Shown here: positions 1 through 7,325 of the stretch, in pieces
Numbering within the stretch: position 1 is the first letter of the stretch
Layout of the letters: each line of letters opens with the position of its first letter
DNA from: a virus
Taxonomy: Duplodnaviria > Caudoviricetes
DNA: 38,983 bases
Reading direction: 5' to 3' (one strand)
Virus record (IMG/VR): IMGVR_UViG_3300031472_000003
Span: 1 to 38,983 of that record
Made by a program: the position numbers and the translations under genes
Notes under the pieces: generated by a model
What the model saw: only the letters and a program-made list of their open reading frames with translations
Databases searched by the model: none
Told to the model about the DNA's origin: nothing

Positions 1-177
1 CGCGACTGCCGGTTTTGTCTCACCTACAGTCAGATTTATATCATGTGATGAGAATTTCAGCAGCGAGAAGACGGCAAATGACGAGAAACCGCCCGGTACT
101 TGCAGGTCTGTGGTAAACTTCTCTCGGTGAACTACTTCACCACTTTGGTTGGGGTGCGTGTTTGTCGTGTTTTGCAT
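1..177 (-). CDS. Partial hypothetical protein running off the left end
   Basis: ATG at 177; the frame stays open for 59 codons to the window edge; same orientation as neighbours. Confidence 0.35.
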   Translation of the reverse strand, partial: MQNTTNTHPNQSGEVVHREKFTTDLQVPGGFSSFAVFSLLKFSSHDINLTVGETKPAVA

Positions 178-186
178 CTCGCCATC

Positions 187-232
187 GGCAGGCAGCGGGG
201 GGGTGATCCGCTGCCTGCCACCTTTCTTATTT
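187..232 (+). terminator. GC-rich hairpin followed by a T-rich tract
   Basis: GGCAGGCAGCGG (187-198) / CCGCTGCCTGCC (208-219) is a perfect 12-bp inverted repeat, followed by acctttcttattt. Confidence 0.5.
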
Positions 233-237
233 ATCGT

Positions 238-585
238 TTATCCGGCTGTTGTCGAATTACCGCTATTCGGCAATGGCTCTTTGTTCGGCAATGGCTCTTT
301 GTTCGGCAATCCAGCCCTGACGCCGCCTGCGGATGCGCGGGATTCCTCGTTTTGCGCTCGCACCGCGCGGAAGCGGCTGAGGATGGAGCGCCCGTCCACA
401 CCGGCCAGGTAGCTATCCTTTCCGCAGGTGTAGAACAGCAGGAGTGCCGTTTCGTTGCCATTCGCGTCCGTAGCCCCGGAAATTCGGTGACGCCCGCTGC
501 ACAAGTCGCACTCCACCCAGTCGCCGATTGCCATCGGCTCCCCCATCTCGTCGCTGCCAATAGCAACAAAAGGTGTCTCGCTCAT
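238..585 (-). CDS. Hypothetical protein with CxxC motif
   Basis: MSETPF start at 585 overlaps the upstream stop (ATGA); VECDLCSG; C-terminal LPNKEP repeat. Confidence 0.6.
   Translation of the reverse strand: MSETPFVAIGSDEMGEPMAIGDWVECDLCSGRHRISGATDANGNETALLLFYTCGKDSYLAGVDGRSILSRFRAVRAQNEESRASAGGVRAGLPNKEPLPNKEPLPNSGNSTTAG
266..310. repeat. 18-bp tandem repeat x2.5
   Basis: TTCGGCAATGGCTCTTTG at 266, 284 and partial at 302. Confidence 0.95.
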
Positions 586-743
586 CTTATATCTCCAAGC
601 TCCAGCGACCCTTGCGGCCGGCCCGCCCACGCCTGCGGGTTGAACCACACGCACTCTGTCCGGGCCTGCCCCCCGTCCGCCCATGCCCGGAAAGTCAGCC
701 GCTCCCAGTCCTTGTAGAGCGTGTCGTACAAGACGCCCTCATA
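582..743 (-). pseudogene. C-terminal remnant of a Dam/D12-class DNA adenine methyltransferase
   Basis: Frame reads YEGVLYDTLYKDWERLTFRAWADGGQARTECVWFNPQAW...QGSLEL*, resembling the LY..LY..W...ADG..RTE..W.NP tail of phage Dam-like enzymes; a stop lies a few codons upstream and there is no start. Confidence 0.6.
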
Positions 744-1083
744 TTGGACTTTCTCCCGCCATTAAGTCTTCCCCCGACATCTTTTCAAGGGCCGCGATCC
801 GCTCCCGCACCGCCTCTGAGTCCCGCAGGTTTTCGGTCCCCGGCTCGCCCTCTTGCCACGCTTCCTCCTGAGTGGCGTACTCCGTGCCAAGTGAGAGCAG
901 CACATCCTCCAAAAGCCGCTCCCCGCGATTTTGGTGACCCCAGACGTCCACTTGCAGCTCCTCCGCCTCTCGCTGCAACGCCTCGGCTTGGCGCAGCAGG
1001 GCGTCCATTCTCTGCTGCAAGCTGCCGGCAATTTCCAGGTGCTTCTCAGCCTTCTGCAAGCGATAACGATTGCGGCACTTCAT
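739..1083 (-). CDS. Hypothetical coiled-coil protein
   Basis: MKCRNRY start at 1083 with GAGGTG upstream; helical composition. Confidence 0.7.
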   Translation of the reverse strand: MKCRNRYRLQKAEKHLEIAGSLQQRMDALLRQAEALQREAEELQVDVWGHQNRGERLLEDVLLSLGTEYATQEEAWQEGEPGTENLRDSEAVRERIAALEKMSGEDLMAGESPI

Positions 1084-1118
1084 AGATTGCGGCACCTCAT
1101 AGATTGCGGCACCTCATA
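1068..1118. repeat. 17-bp tandem repeat x3 spanning a start codon
   Basis: GATTGCGGCACYTCATA at 1068, 1085 and 1102. Confidence 0.95.
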
Positions 1119-1123
1119 GGGTC

Positions 1124-2044
1124 TTACCGTTCCGGCATCTCGTTCCAGGTCTGCCCGTCTAAAAGCCGGCCCGCGATGTGCTTGCCGACATTGACGCTCA
1201 TCCAGCCGTCCTGCCAATCCCACACCTGCCCTTTGGCCGATAAGTAACCTTCATCCGACATTGACGCTGGCTGCCAGTTCCCCCACTGCTTGAAAAAATA
1301 GCTGACCCCTGCCGCCTGGCACTGATCCCGTAGCGTCCGCGCCCAGTCCGGGTGCATCGGCCTTGCATGAGGGCCTGATTCCCCGCCGGCGATTACCCAG
1401 TGCAGCGGCGGTAAGTTCACGCGCATCGGCGCGGTCCTACCATCAACTATTTGGACATAGCCACCGCCGAGGTACGCCGCCAAATCCACCGGTCCCAGCA
1501 GCGGTTCGCACGAGAGGAACCGCACCCGCGCCGACACTTTCAGAAGATGCGGAATACGCTCATCGGCAGTCGCCTGATCTTCCACGCTCGTGCCGATCCA
1601 CACGTTTTCGGGGAACCCCTGTCCCCACCAGACCGGCGGCGACATCAGGTGGATGTTCTCCAGGCGCTTGGTCAAAAGCAACCAGTCCAAAGACGGCGTC
1701 GCCTCAATCAGCGTCCACAGCCGCTCCCGCGCTTCTTCCACGGCCTCCGCAGACGGGTGATCCGCCAGCAGCTTCTCAAACACGTCGGCCATGGACGCGC
1801 AGAACACGCGGGCACGAACGCCTGCGGCGGCGGCCTCACTGTTCCAGCGGAGCGGCTGCCGCCAGTACGCCTCGCTCATCATCTTCCGCGCCGCGCCGGG
1901 TCCCCAGTGACTCGGGCCAAACCGCTTATCCTGAGCATCGGCGTAGCAATTTTTACATCCGCCGGATACTTTGACGCAGCCATGCCAGGCGTTGAACGTA
2001 AAATCGGTCCAAAGAATCCCGGCCCCTTTTTGATCACCCATCAC
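1124..2044 (-). CDS. Phage Gp37/Gp68 family protein (DUF5131, radical-SAM-like)
   Basis: WTDFTFNAWHGCVKVSGGCKNCYA (CxxxxxxCxxC), VFCASMADVFE, LLTKR, FLSCEPLLGP, WVIAGGESG, FFKQWG. Confidence 0.92.
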   Translation of the reverse strand: MMGDQKGAGILWTDFTFNAWHGCVKVSGGCKNCYADAQDKRFGPSHWGPGAARKMMSEAYWRQPLRWNSEAAAAGVRARVFCASMADVFEKLLADHPSAEAVEEARERLWTLIEATPSLDWLLLTKRLENIHLMSPPVWWGQGFPENVWIGTSVEDQATADERIPHLLKVSARVRFLSCEPLLGPVDLAAYLGGGYVQIVDGRTAPMRVNLPPLHWVIAGGESGPHARPMHPDWARTLRDQCQAAGVSYFFKQWGNWQPASMSDEGYLSAKGQVWDWQDGWMSVNVGKHIAGRLLDGQTWNEMPER

Positions 2045-2532
2045 CTTGCCTCCCCTTCCGGCCCCAATTCCCGAACGCCTTCAGTCGTCCACCGAAGCTG
2101 CGCGGCCAGCTCAAACGCCTCTGCCGGCAAAGTTGCCTCGTGCCCCAGGTGGAGACAGGCGAACGGAAGGCCCGGGTTGCGCGTGACACCCACACTCACA
2201 TAGTGCAGGGGAACGTCGCTTGGCGTGATGCGCTCAAAATCAAGGAAGGCAATAAAGTCGCCGCCGCCAGGGCTGACTCGCACGGTATATCGGCGCCGAA
2301 TCTCTTGGACATTCGCCAGCGCCGTTATTCCCAGCGCCCGATACGCCGCCTGCCGCAGATCAAGTGATTGCTGGCGCTGAAACGCTTCCTGCTCCGCCAT
2401 CGCCGCTTCCCCCGATTCTGTGAGCCAGTAGCCTGGTCCCGCCCAGGGCGCAAGGGCTTTGGCCGGCCTAGCCGCGCAAGTCTGTTTAGCCAGGCGCTTG
2501 ACACGCCGGCCTGAAATCGTTATAATTGCCAC
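2041..2532 (-). CDS. Hypothetical protein; target of the antisense sRNA
   Basis: GTG start with GGGGAGG SD; ATGA overlap with the DUF5131 gene. Confidence 0.7.
   Translation of the reverse strand: MAIITISGRRVKRLAKQTCAARPAKALAPWAGPGYWLTESGEAAMAEQEAFQRQQSLDLRQAAYRALGITALANVQEIRRRYTVRVSPGGGDFIAFLDFERITPSDVPLHYVSVGVTRNPGLPFACLHLGHEATLPAEAFELAAQLRWTTEGVRELGPEGEAR
2498..2526 (+). promoter_or_regulatory. Consensus sigma70 promoter antisense to the early-left operon
   Basis: TTGACA (2498-2503), 17 bp spacer, TATAAT (2521-2526). Confidence 0.85.
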
Positions 2533-2592
2533 TGTAAACCTCCCCAGGTTTCAAGAGTGGTCTATCTAAGTTGGTGCTTAGATAGACCTTTT
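2533..2592 (+). ncRNA. Putative ~60 nt cis-antisense sRNA (P22 sar-like)
   Basis: Lies between the consensus promoter and an intrinsic terminator; hairpin AAACC-TCCCCA-GGTTT carries the complement of the 2532 gene's SD. Confidence 0.7.
2559..2592 (+). terminator. Intrinsic terminator of the antisense sRNA
   Basis: GGTCTATCTAAG-ttggtg-CTTAGATAGACC followed by TTTT on the + strand only. Confidence 0.75.
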
Positions 2593-2598
2593 ACTTTG

Positions 2599-3054
2599 TC
2601 ACCGGCCTAAGAGGCAGTGGCTTAAAATCTTCGTGCCCGGCATCAGGTACTTGCCCGAATGGGGAAACAAGCGCCCGTCCGGCCCGTCCGCCGTCGTGTC
2701 CAGCCAGCAGTCGTAGCCTTTCTCCTCGCCGCTTTGGAGCAGGATTACATCCCGCACTTTGACGGTGAAGTCCGCCCCGTAAATCCACAGCCGCACCACG
2801 AAGCCTGCCGCGTGAGTGTAGACCAGCGCTTCCACTGCATCCATTCCCCCGCCGTCTGCCGGCAGGAACCCCTTCCGCAGCTTGAAATGGCTGCACAGCG
2901 CCGTGCTGTCTGCGTGCAGCTCCGGCTGGCCGTCCCGCACGATGGCCTCCGCGATGGCCGCCACCTGCGCTTGCCGCGCCGCGTATGCCGCCCTGCCCTC
3001 TTCAATCGCCTGCCGGGTCCGCTCCTGCCGAATAGCCGTAGAAATCGTTTGCAT
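2599..3054 (-). CDS. Hypothetical early protein
   Basis: ATG with AAGGAG SD, directly downstream of the operator-covered leftward promoter. Confidence 0.75.
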   Translation of the reverse strand: MQTISTAIRQERTRQAIEEGRAAYAARQAQVAAIAEAIVRDGQPELHADSTALCSHFKLRKGFLPADGGGMDAVEALVYTHAAGFVVRLWIYGADFTVKVRDVILLQSGEEKGYDCWLDTTADGPDGRLFPHSGKYLMPGTKILSHCLLGR

Positions 3055-3086
3055 TGACTGTCTCCTTAGTAGTGGTTACTAAGGTT

Positions 3087-3115
3087 ATTATATCGCATAA
3101 CGCGATATAAGTCAA
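3087..3115 (-). promoter_or_regulatory. Leftward early promoter overlapped by operator O1
   Basis: TTGACT-17-TATAAT on the minus strand; palindrome TTATATCGC-ataac-GCGATATAA at 3088-3110. Confidence 0.85.
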
Positions 3116-3133
3116 GCAAATTCAGCTCAAACG

Positions 3134-3168
3134 ACAAAAATAATTCGCGTATAGCGAATTATTTTTGT
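3134..3168. promoter_or_regulatory. Operator-like palindrome O2, possibly also the cro terminator
   Basis: ACAAAAATAATTCGC-gtata-GCGAATTATTTTTGT; 15-bp arms with the same TCGC-N5-GCGA core. Confidence 0.65.
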
Positions 3169-3407
3169 GACGCCACTGCCTCCCGGTCTCGCGGCAGCAC
3201 TTCTATGATGTCGCCGGCACGGCAGCGGAAGTAGTCGCACAAATCTACCAATAGGTCGTCTGAGATGCCGCGCCGGTATGTCATCACGTCGTGCAACGTG
3301 GACGGTTTGCGCCCTATGTCAGCCGCAACTCGGTAAGCGGTCGTCCCCTGCCTCTCGATCATGTCTTTGAGGTGATTTTTTACTCGCTTGTTGCGTGTGG
3401 TCGGCAT
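3159..3407 (-). CDS. Cro-like XRE HTH regulator
   Basis: LKDMIERQGTTAYRVAADIGRKPSTLHDVM...LCDYFRCRAGDII; divergent from the repressor. Confidence 0.85.
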   Translation of the reverse strand: MPTTRNKRVKNHLKDMIERQGTTAYRVAADIGRKPSTLHDVMTYRRGISDDLLVDLCDYFRCRAGDIIEVLPRDREAVASQK

Positions 3408-3414
3408 AACTTGC

Positions 3415-3443
3415 ATTATATCGCACGGCGCGAAATTTGTCAA
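3415..3443 (-). promoter_or_regulatory. cro promoter with operator O3 (leaderless)
   Basis: TTGACA-17-TATAAT, then 7 nt to the ATG at 3407; TTATATCGC-N5-GCGAAAT lies in the spacer. Confidence 0.85.
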
Positions 3444-3467
3444 TCGCAAACTGTGATAATTACGAGG

Positions 3468-3496
3468 TTGTTTTAATACGCATGACGCGATATAAT
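3468..3496 (+). promoter_or_regulatory. Repressor promoter with operator O4 (leaderless)
   Basis: TTGTTT-17-TATAAT, then 6 nt to the ATG at 3503; TTAATACGC-atgac-GCGATATAA at 3473-3495. Confidence 0.75.
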
Positions 3497-3502
3497 GATT
3501 TC

Positions 3503-3940
3503 ATGTCAAGATCGCGTACAGTCACGGCAACTTCTGCGTTTGGAATTTGGCTGGATGCTCAGATGAAGCAAGCTGATGTTCAGCAAAAACAAGTTGCCCT
3601 ACGCTCAGGTTTGGGCCAATCCACCATCGCCGGCTATCTGACCGGCGCACGGAACCCAAACAACGCAAACATCGTTCATCGCGTCGTGCAAGGAGTTTTG
3701 CCGAATAACGCCCCGGAAGACGTGGCTGCCGAAGTGCTGCATGATGGCCTTCTCGCCGCTGGTTTCGCCGCCCGGCCGCTCTCCCCCGCCGCCGCCCTTA
3801 TTCGGGAAGCTCTTGACGGGCGTGGGGAAGACATACACTTGACCCCCGAGGAGTTTGACGTTCTCATGGAAGATATTGAAGACTATGCGCTGCATCGCCT
3901 GAGCCGCACAGTGGAAAAGCAGAAGCAGGAGGCCGCGTGA
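3503..3940 (+). CDS. CI-like XRE repressor
   Basis: FGIWLDAQMKQADVQQKQVALRSGLGQSTIAGYLTGARNP HTH; no S24 peptidase domain visible. Confidence 0.85.
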   Translation: MSRSRTVTATSAFGIWLDAQMKQADVQQKQVALRSGLGQSTIAGYLTGARNPNNANIVHRVVQGVLPNNAPEDVAAEVLHDGLLAAGFAARPLSPAAALIREALDGRGEDIHLTPEEFDVLMEDIEDYALHRLSRTVEKQKQEAA

Positions 3941-4332
3941 AGCCAATTTTTCCGAAGCCACTCTGTTTGTCGATCTTGGTATGCCTTGCGGTACTGCCGG
4001 TGCTGGCCGCGCCATCCCACCATCACAAAAAGCATCATTCCCGCAGCGGACCGCCGCCTGCGCCTACCGCTGCGCTGACCTGGCCGGCGCAGATTGCTCT
4101 CTTGCGGTCCCGCTGCGACCCAAGCATCACGCCGGCGATGGTGCAGCGGCTTTCCCAGAAGTCCAGCGAGATTCTGGCGGAAAAAGGCATCCAGCAATCA
4201 CCGTTTTCCATTCTTGTAGATGTTAATAAGTCGATCCCTGCCGGCATCAATGTTGGTACGCATCCGCAGGACATCTTCGCCGCCTACCTCACACTCCGGG
4301 CGCATGGCGAAAGTTCTTCCGGCTTGCCGTAA
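3937..4332 (+). CDS. Exported protein coupled to the repressor (possible superinfection exclusion or conversion)
   Basis: Signal peptide MKPIFPKPLCLSILVCLAVLPVLA/AP; GTGA overlap with the repressor stop. Confidence 0.65.
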   Translation: MKPIFPKPLCLSILVCLAVLPVLAAPSHHHKKHHSRSGPPPAPTAALTWPAQIALLRSRCDPSITPAMVQRLSQKSSEILAEKGIQQSPFSILVDVNKSIPAGINVGTHPQDIFAAYLTLRAHGESSSGLP

Positions 4333-4362
4333 CCGATACTCAAAAATAATTCCCCCACCCTC

Positions 4363-4392
4363 TTGACTCTTCTCCCCCCCCCGTGCTATGAT
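4363..4392 (+). promoter_or_regulatory. Replication-operon promoter with a C9 tract in the spacer
   Basis: TTGACT (4363-4368), 18 bp spacer containing C9 (4374-4382), TGc-TATGAT (4387-4392). Confidence 0.7.
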
Positions 4393-4403
4393 GCGCTCAA
4401 CCT

Positions 4404-4432
4404 AATTGCCGAATATCGGCAAACCGGCAATT
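4404..4432. promoter_or_regulatory. AATTGCCG-N13-CGGCAATT palindrome (second operator class)
   Basis: Same architecture recurs at 4854-4882 and 5232-5260. Confidence 0.65.
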
Positions 4433-4470
4433 CCGCTGACAATTAAGAAGCCACGAGGAGAAAACAACTC

Positions 4471-4767
4471 ATGTCCATGATGCCGATGCCGAATTGGGAA
4501 AGTGCGCTGTCCGAGCAGGTGCGACTGCTGAGGGCCGAAGTCGCCGCGCAGTCTGAGTGGCAAAAAACGGGCGATCCCGACGCGGTGCCAGAAAGCTACG
4601 GGTCCGCGTCTACTTATGCGGAGGCCGCACTGCACTTGTACCGCCAGCGCCTACCGCAGCTTATGCGCCAGATCGCCGACGAGATGCAAGCGCAAGGATT
4701 GCCGGACGTGTTTGACCAGGCGGAGCACCTCCGCACAAATGATGCTCATGGCCTCACGGCTTGGTAG
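4471..4767 (+). CDS. Hypothetical protein
   Basis: GAGGAG SD; first gene after the 4363 promoter. Confidence 0.7.
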   Translation: MSMMPMPNWESALSEQVRLLRAEVAAQSEWQKTGDPDAVPESYGSASTYAEAALHLYRQRLPQLMRQIADEMQAQGLPDVFDQAEHLRTNDAHGLTAW

Positions 4768-4809
4768 GACGACGTGAGTAGAAGAAAAATGTGAGTAAAA
4801 GAACGTGAT

Positions 4810-5577
4810 ATGAACGCAGACTTAACGAACGAAGAAGCGGCACTGGACAGAGGAATTGCCGAAAAGCCGACATCCGGCAATTCCTCTAGTAGTCCGATTT
4901 CTACCAGTAGCCATTATCACGGTTTGCTGCCTTTGACAGACATCGCCCTGCGGCTAGACGTGCATTACAGCCGCTTGCGCCGCCTGGCCGAAGCTCCCGG
5001 TGTCGGCGAGATTGTCGGCGCACGTAGCGTTCCCGGCGCAAAAGGCGTGCGCTATGAACCGAGGTCCGTGGAGACGTTTCGCCGGCTCGTGCAGGCCAGC
5101 AACGAAAACGTGGTGACGCCGGCGACGGCAGCGGGTTGGCTCCGGGCGCAGGAAGACTTCGCGGTCACGGAACCACTCCTGCCGGCGGATGCGGAAATGA
5201 TTGAAGTTCGGGCTATTGCCGAACAACGGCGAATTGCCGAAAAGCCGACATCCGACAATTCTGCCGGGCCAGCGAATATCGGTGGCCTGATGACTTTGCT
5301 CGCCCCGCTGGCGGCGCTTCCCGCCGCGCTCCGCGAGCTGGCCGCCAGCATCCACGCCCCGCGCCCCCTCCAACCCACCCCCCAAGTGCCTCCAACCCCG
5401 GACCGCCTCCTGACCGCAGAGCAAGCCGCAGAGCTTTTGGCCTGCCATCCCCGCAGCGTGTCCCGCTACGTTACCCCCGTGCGGCACCGGACCTGGAAAG
5501 AAAGCGACGTGCAGCGCTACATCGCGGGCCTGGGCAGCGCGGGCCTGGGCGCAGCGGAAAGCGAGACAGCCAAATGA
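4810..5577 (+). CDS. DNA-binding protein with N-terminal MerR-like HTH and C-terminal excisionase-like HTH
   Basis: LLPLTDIALRLDVHYSRLRRL...VRYEPRSVETFRRL and RLLTAEQAAELLACHPRSVSRY...WKESDVQRYI. Confidence 0.7.
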   Translation: MNADLTNEEAALDRGIAEKPTSGNSSSSPISTSSHYHGLLPLTDIALRLDVHYSRLRRLAEAPGVGEIVGARSVPGAKGVRYEPRSVETFRRLVQASNENVVTPATAAGWLRAQEDFAVTEPLLPADAEMIEVRAIAEQRRIAEKPTSDNSAGPANIGGLMTLLAPLAALPAALRELAASIHAPRPLQPTPQVPPTPDRLLTAEQAAELLACHPRSVSRYVTPVRHRTWKESDVQRYIAGLGSAGLGAAESETAK

Positions 5578-5816
5578 CAGCAGAGGAGGCAATCGCTGAG
5601 AACGATCTACTTGCAGACCAGAGAGCGACCGAGGAGTTCCGGCAGGACGTGATCTGGGATTTGAAGTTCGTGCGGGAACAGTGCAGCAACCTCCTGAAAG
5701 GCACTACGGGTGATGAAGGTGATTTGCCGCCGGTCAAAGACCGTGCAGAGACCGGGAGACTGATTGCTATTCGCGTTCTGCTGAACGACACGCTGAAGAC
5801 GCTGGAGGAGATATGA
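5574..5816 (+). CDS. Hypothetical protein
   Basis: ATGA overlaps on both sides. Confidence 0.7.
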   Translation: MTAEEAIAENDLLADQRATEEFRQDVIWDLKFVREQCSNLLKGTTGDEGDLPPVKDRAETGRLIAIRVLLNDTLKTLEEI

Positions 5817-6727
5817 GAGGCCCGCGCAAACAACCGGACGCAACCGTCACTTTCACGTTCGAGTCGGCCTACAACCAGATCGTCCAGCCGACGAGCTACG
5901 TTTCCCTGTCGCAGTACTTCATCGCTCACTGGATGCCGGCCATCAGCGGTGCGGGCCTCAAAATCCTCTTGCAGCTCCGGTCAATGGGCTATTACAGCCC
6001 TAAAGCCGGCGTCCAGCGCGGCGACATCGACATCGAGCAAAAAGAGCTGGCGGCGCTCTGCGGCCTGTCCCACAGCACCCTGAAGCGGGCTTTCGCTGAC
6101 GACGCGGTGCTGTCCGCCTATGTCCAGCGCGTCTTCGAGGTCAAGCGCGATCTCTTGACAGGACGCATCATCAAAGAGCATTATTTGTACGTCGTGAAGA
6201 TGGACGACGTCCTGACGCCGACAGACAAAGCAAAGCTGGAAGCCATGCTGCAAGGGCCTGACAAGCCAAACCCTTCCCCGACGGGGGAAAGTGAAACACC
6301 GAAAGGTCAAAATGACCCATCGGCTCCTGCGCCCAGAGGTCACTTTGAGCCACCGATGGTTCAAAATGACCTTTCGGGCGTTCAAAGTGAACTGCCGACA
6401 GCTCATAATGAACCGCCCACAGGTCAAAATGACCTCTCTTTAAAAGGGAGTCTTAATACTCCTATTACTTTGAATACTTCTGATACGCCTGCGGCGGCCC
6501 CGGAAATTTTCGCTTCGCTGTTTTCAGACTCCCGATTTTCGGACTTAGTGGAGGATGTGCTCGACAGCTTGCCAGCAGCAGAGTACACGGCGCTGGAAGC
6601 CGCTGCCAGGGCACGAGTCATCGCTGAAGTTGCCGAGCCGATCCGCACACTAGCAGGGCAGGGAAAAGCCAAGGTAGATGTGGAGCGGATGATGCTGACG
6701 CTACTAAGAGAAAGAACATCAAAGTGA
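5813..6727 (+). CDS. Replication initiator (N-terminal wHTH, internal iteron region)
   Basis: YFIAHWMPAISGAGLKILLQLR...IEQKELAALCGLSHSTLKR; central low-complexity segment encoded by iterons, as in lambdoid O-type genes. Confidence 0.8.
   Translation: MRGPRKQPDATVTFTFESAYNQIVQPTSYVSLSQYFIAHWMPAISGAGLKILLQLRSMGYYSPKAGVQRGDIDIEQKELAALCGLSHSTLKRAFADDAVLSAYVQRVFEVKRDLLTGRIIKEHYLYVVKMDDVLTPTDKAKLEAMLQGPDKPNPSPTGESETPKGQNDPSAPAPRGHFEPPMVQNDLSGVQSELPTAHNEPPTGQNDLSLKGSLNTPITLNTSDTPAAAPEIFASLFSDSRFSDLVEDVLDSLPAAEYTALEAAARARVIAEVAEPIRTLAGQGKAKVDVERMMLTLLRERTSK
6305..6485. promoter_or_regulatory. Putative replication origin: six palindromic iterons plus an AT-rich stretch
   Basis: GGTCA-AAA-TGACC-like 13-mers at 6305, 6338, 6359, 6380, 6401 and 6422 (21-bp phasing), then AT-rich 6435-6485. 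Confidence 0.8.
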
Positions 6728-7323
6728 TTGACTCCCCAGCTAATATCCCATCCTGGACCGAGCACCTTTGACCTGATCGTGTGCAGCAGGAGCTGGCCGA
6801 CTTTGGACCGACCGAGCTTCAGGTCTTCGCAGAGAACCGCGTAGGGGGCCTACACTGCGGCTGCCCTGTCTGCGGCACCTACCATTCGGTGGCGTTTGCG
6901 AAGAGGTCGCGCCCGACTTTCTCAGAGGCTGGAGTGACCATCGGCGTTCACTGCTCTTTGTGCGGGCAGGCGTTCACTGCTCTTTGTGCGGGCAGGCGTT
7001 CACTGCTCTTTGTGCGGGCAGGCGTTCACTGCTCTTTGTGCGGGCAGGCGTTCACGCTACTGTCTGTGGAGCCTGTCGTGGTCGTCCGGTCCCGCGAGTC
7101 ATGGCGCAACATTGGTCACGATCCGGGCCGGGATCTAGGGTTCTCGGTTGGTGACCTCGTGCGAGTGCGTCCCCGGTACTGGGGCTATAATGGCCGCATG
7201 AAGCCGTTCACGAGCCGGATCGTTGCCCTCTGGTACTACTCTGGGCTGACCTGGGCGCAAGTCCTGAAGGGCCGAGGAAAGCTGCCGATCAACGTCCACC
7301 CGGACAAGCTCACGAAGCTGTAA
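6724..7323 (+). CDS. Zn-finger protein with SH3-like C-terminus; in-frame TGA at 6769 and internal 26-bp repeat
   Basis: GTGA-coupled start at 6724 is in frame with ORF 6781; CPVC and CSLC motifs; FSVGDLVRV...VHPDKLTKL. Confidence 0.5.
6943..7055. repeat. 26-bp perfect tandem repeat x4.3
   Basis: GGCGTTCACTGCTCTTTGTGCGGGCA at 6943, 6969, 6995 and 7021. Confidence 0.97.
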
Positions 7324-7325
7324 TG

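Noticed and set aside
6943-7055. 26-bp repeat as replication iterons or mini-CRISPR
   Set aside because: No spacers and no adjacent AT-rich region; better iterons lie at 6305-6434.
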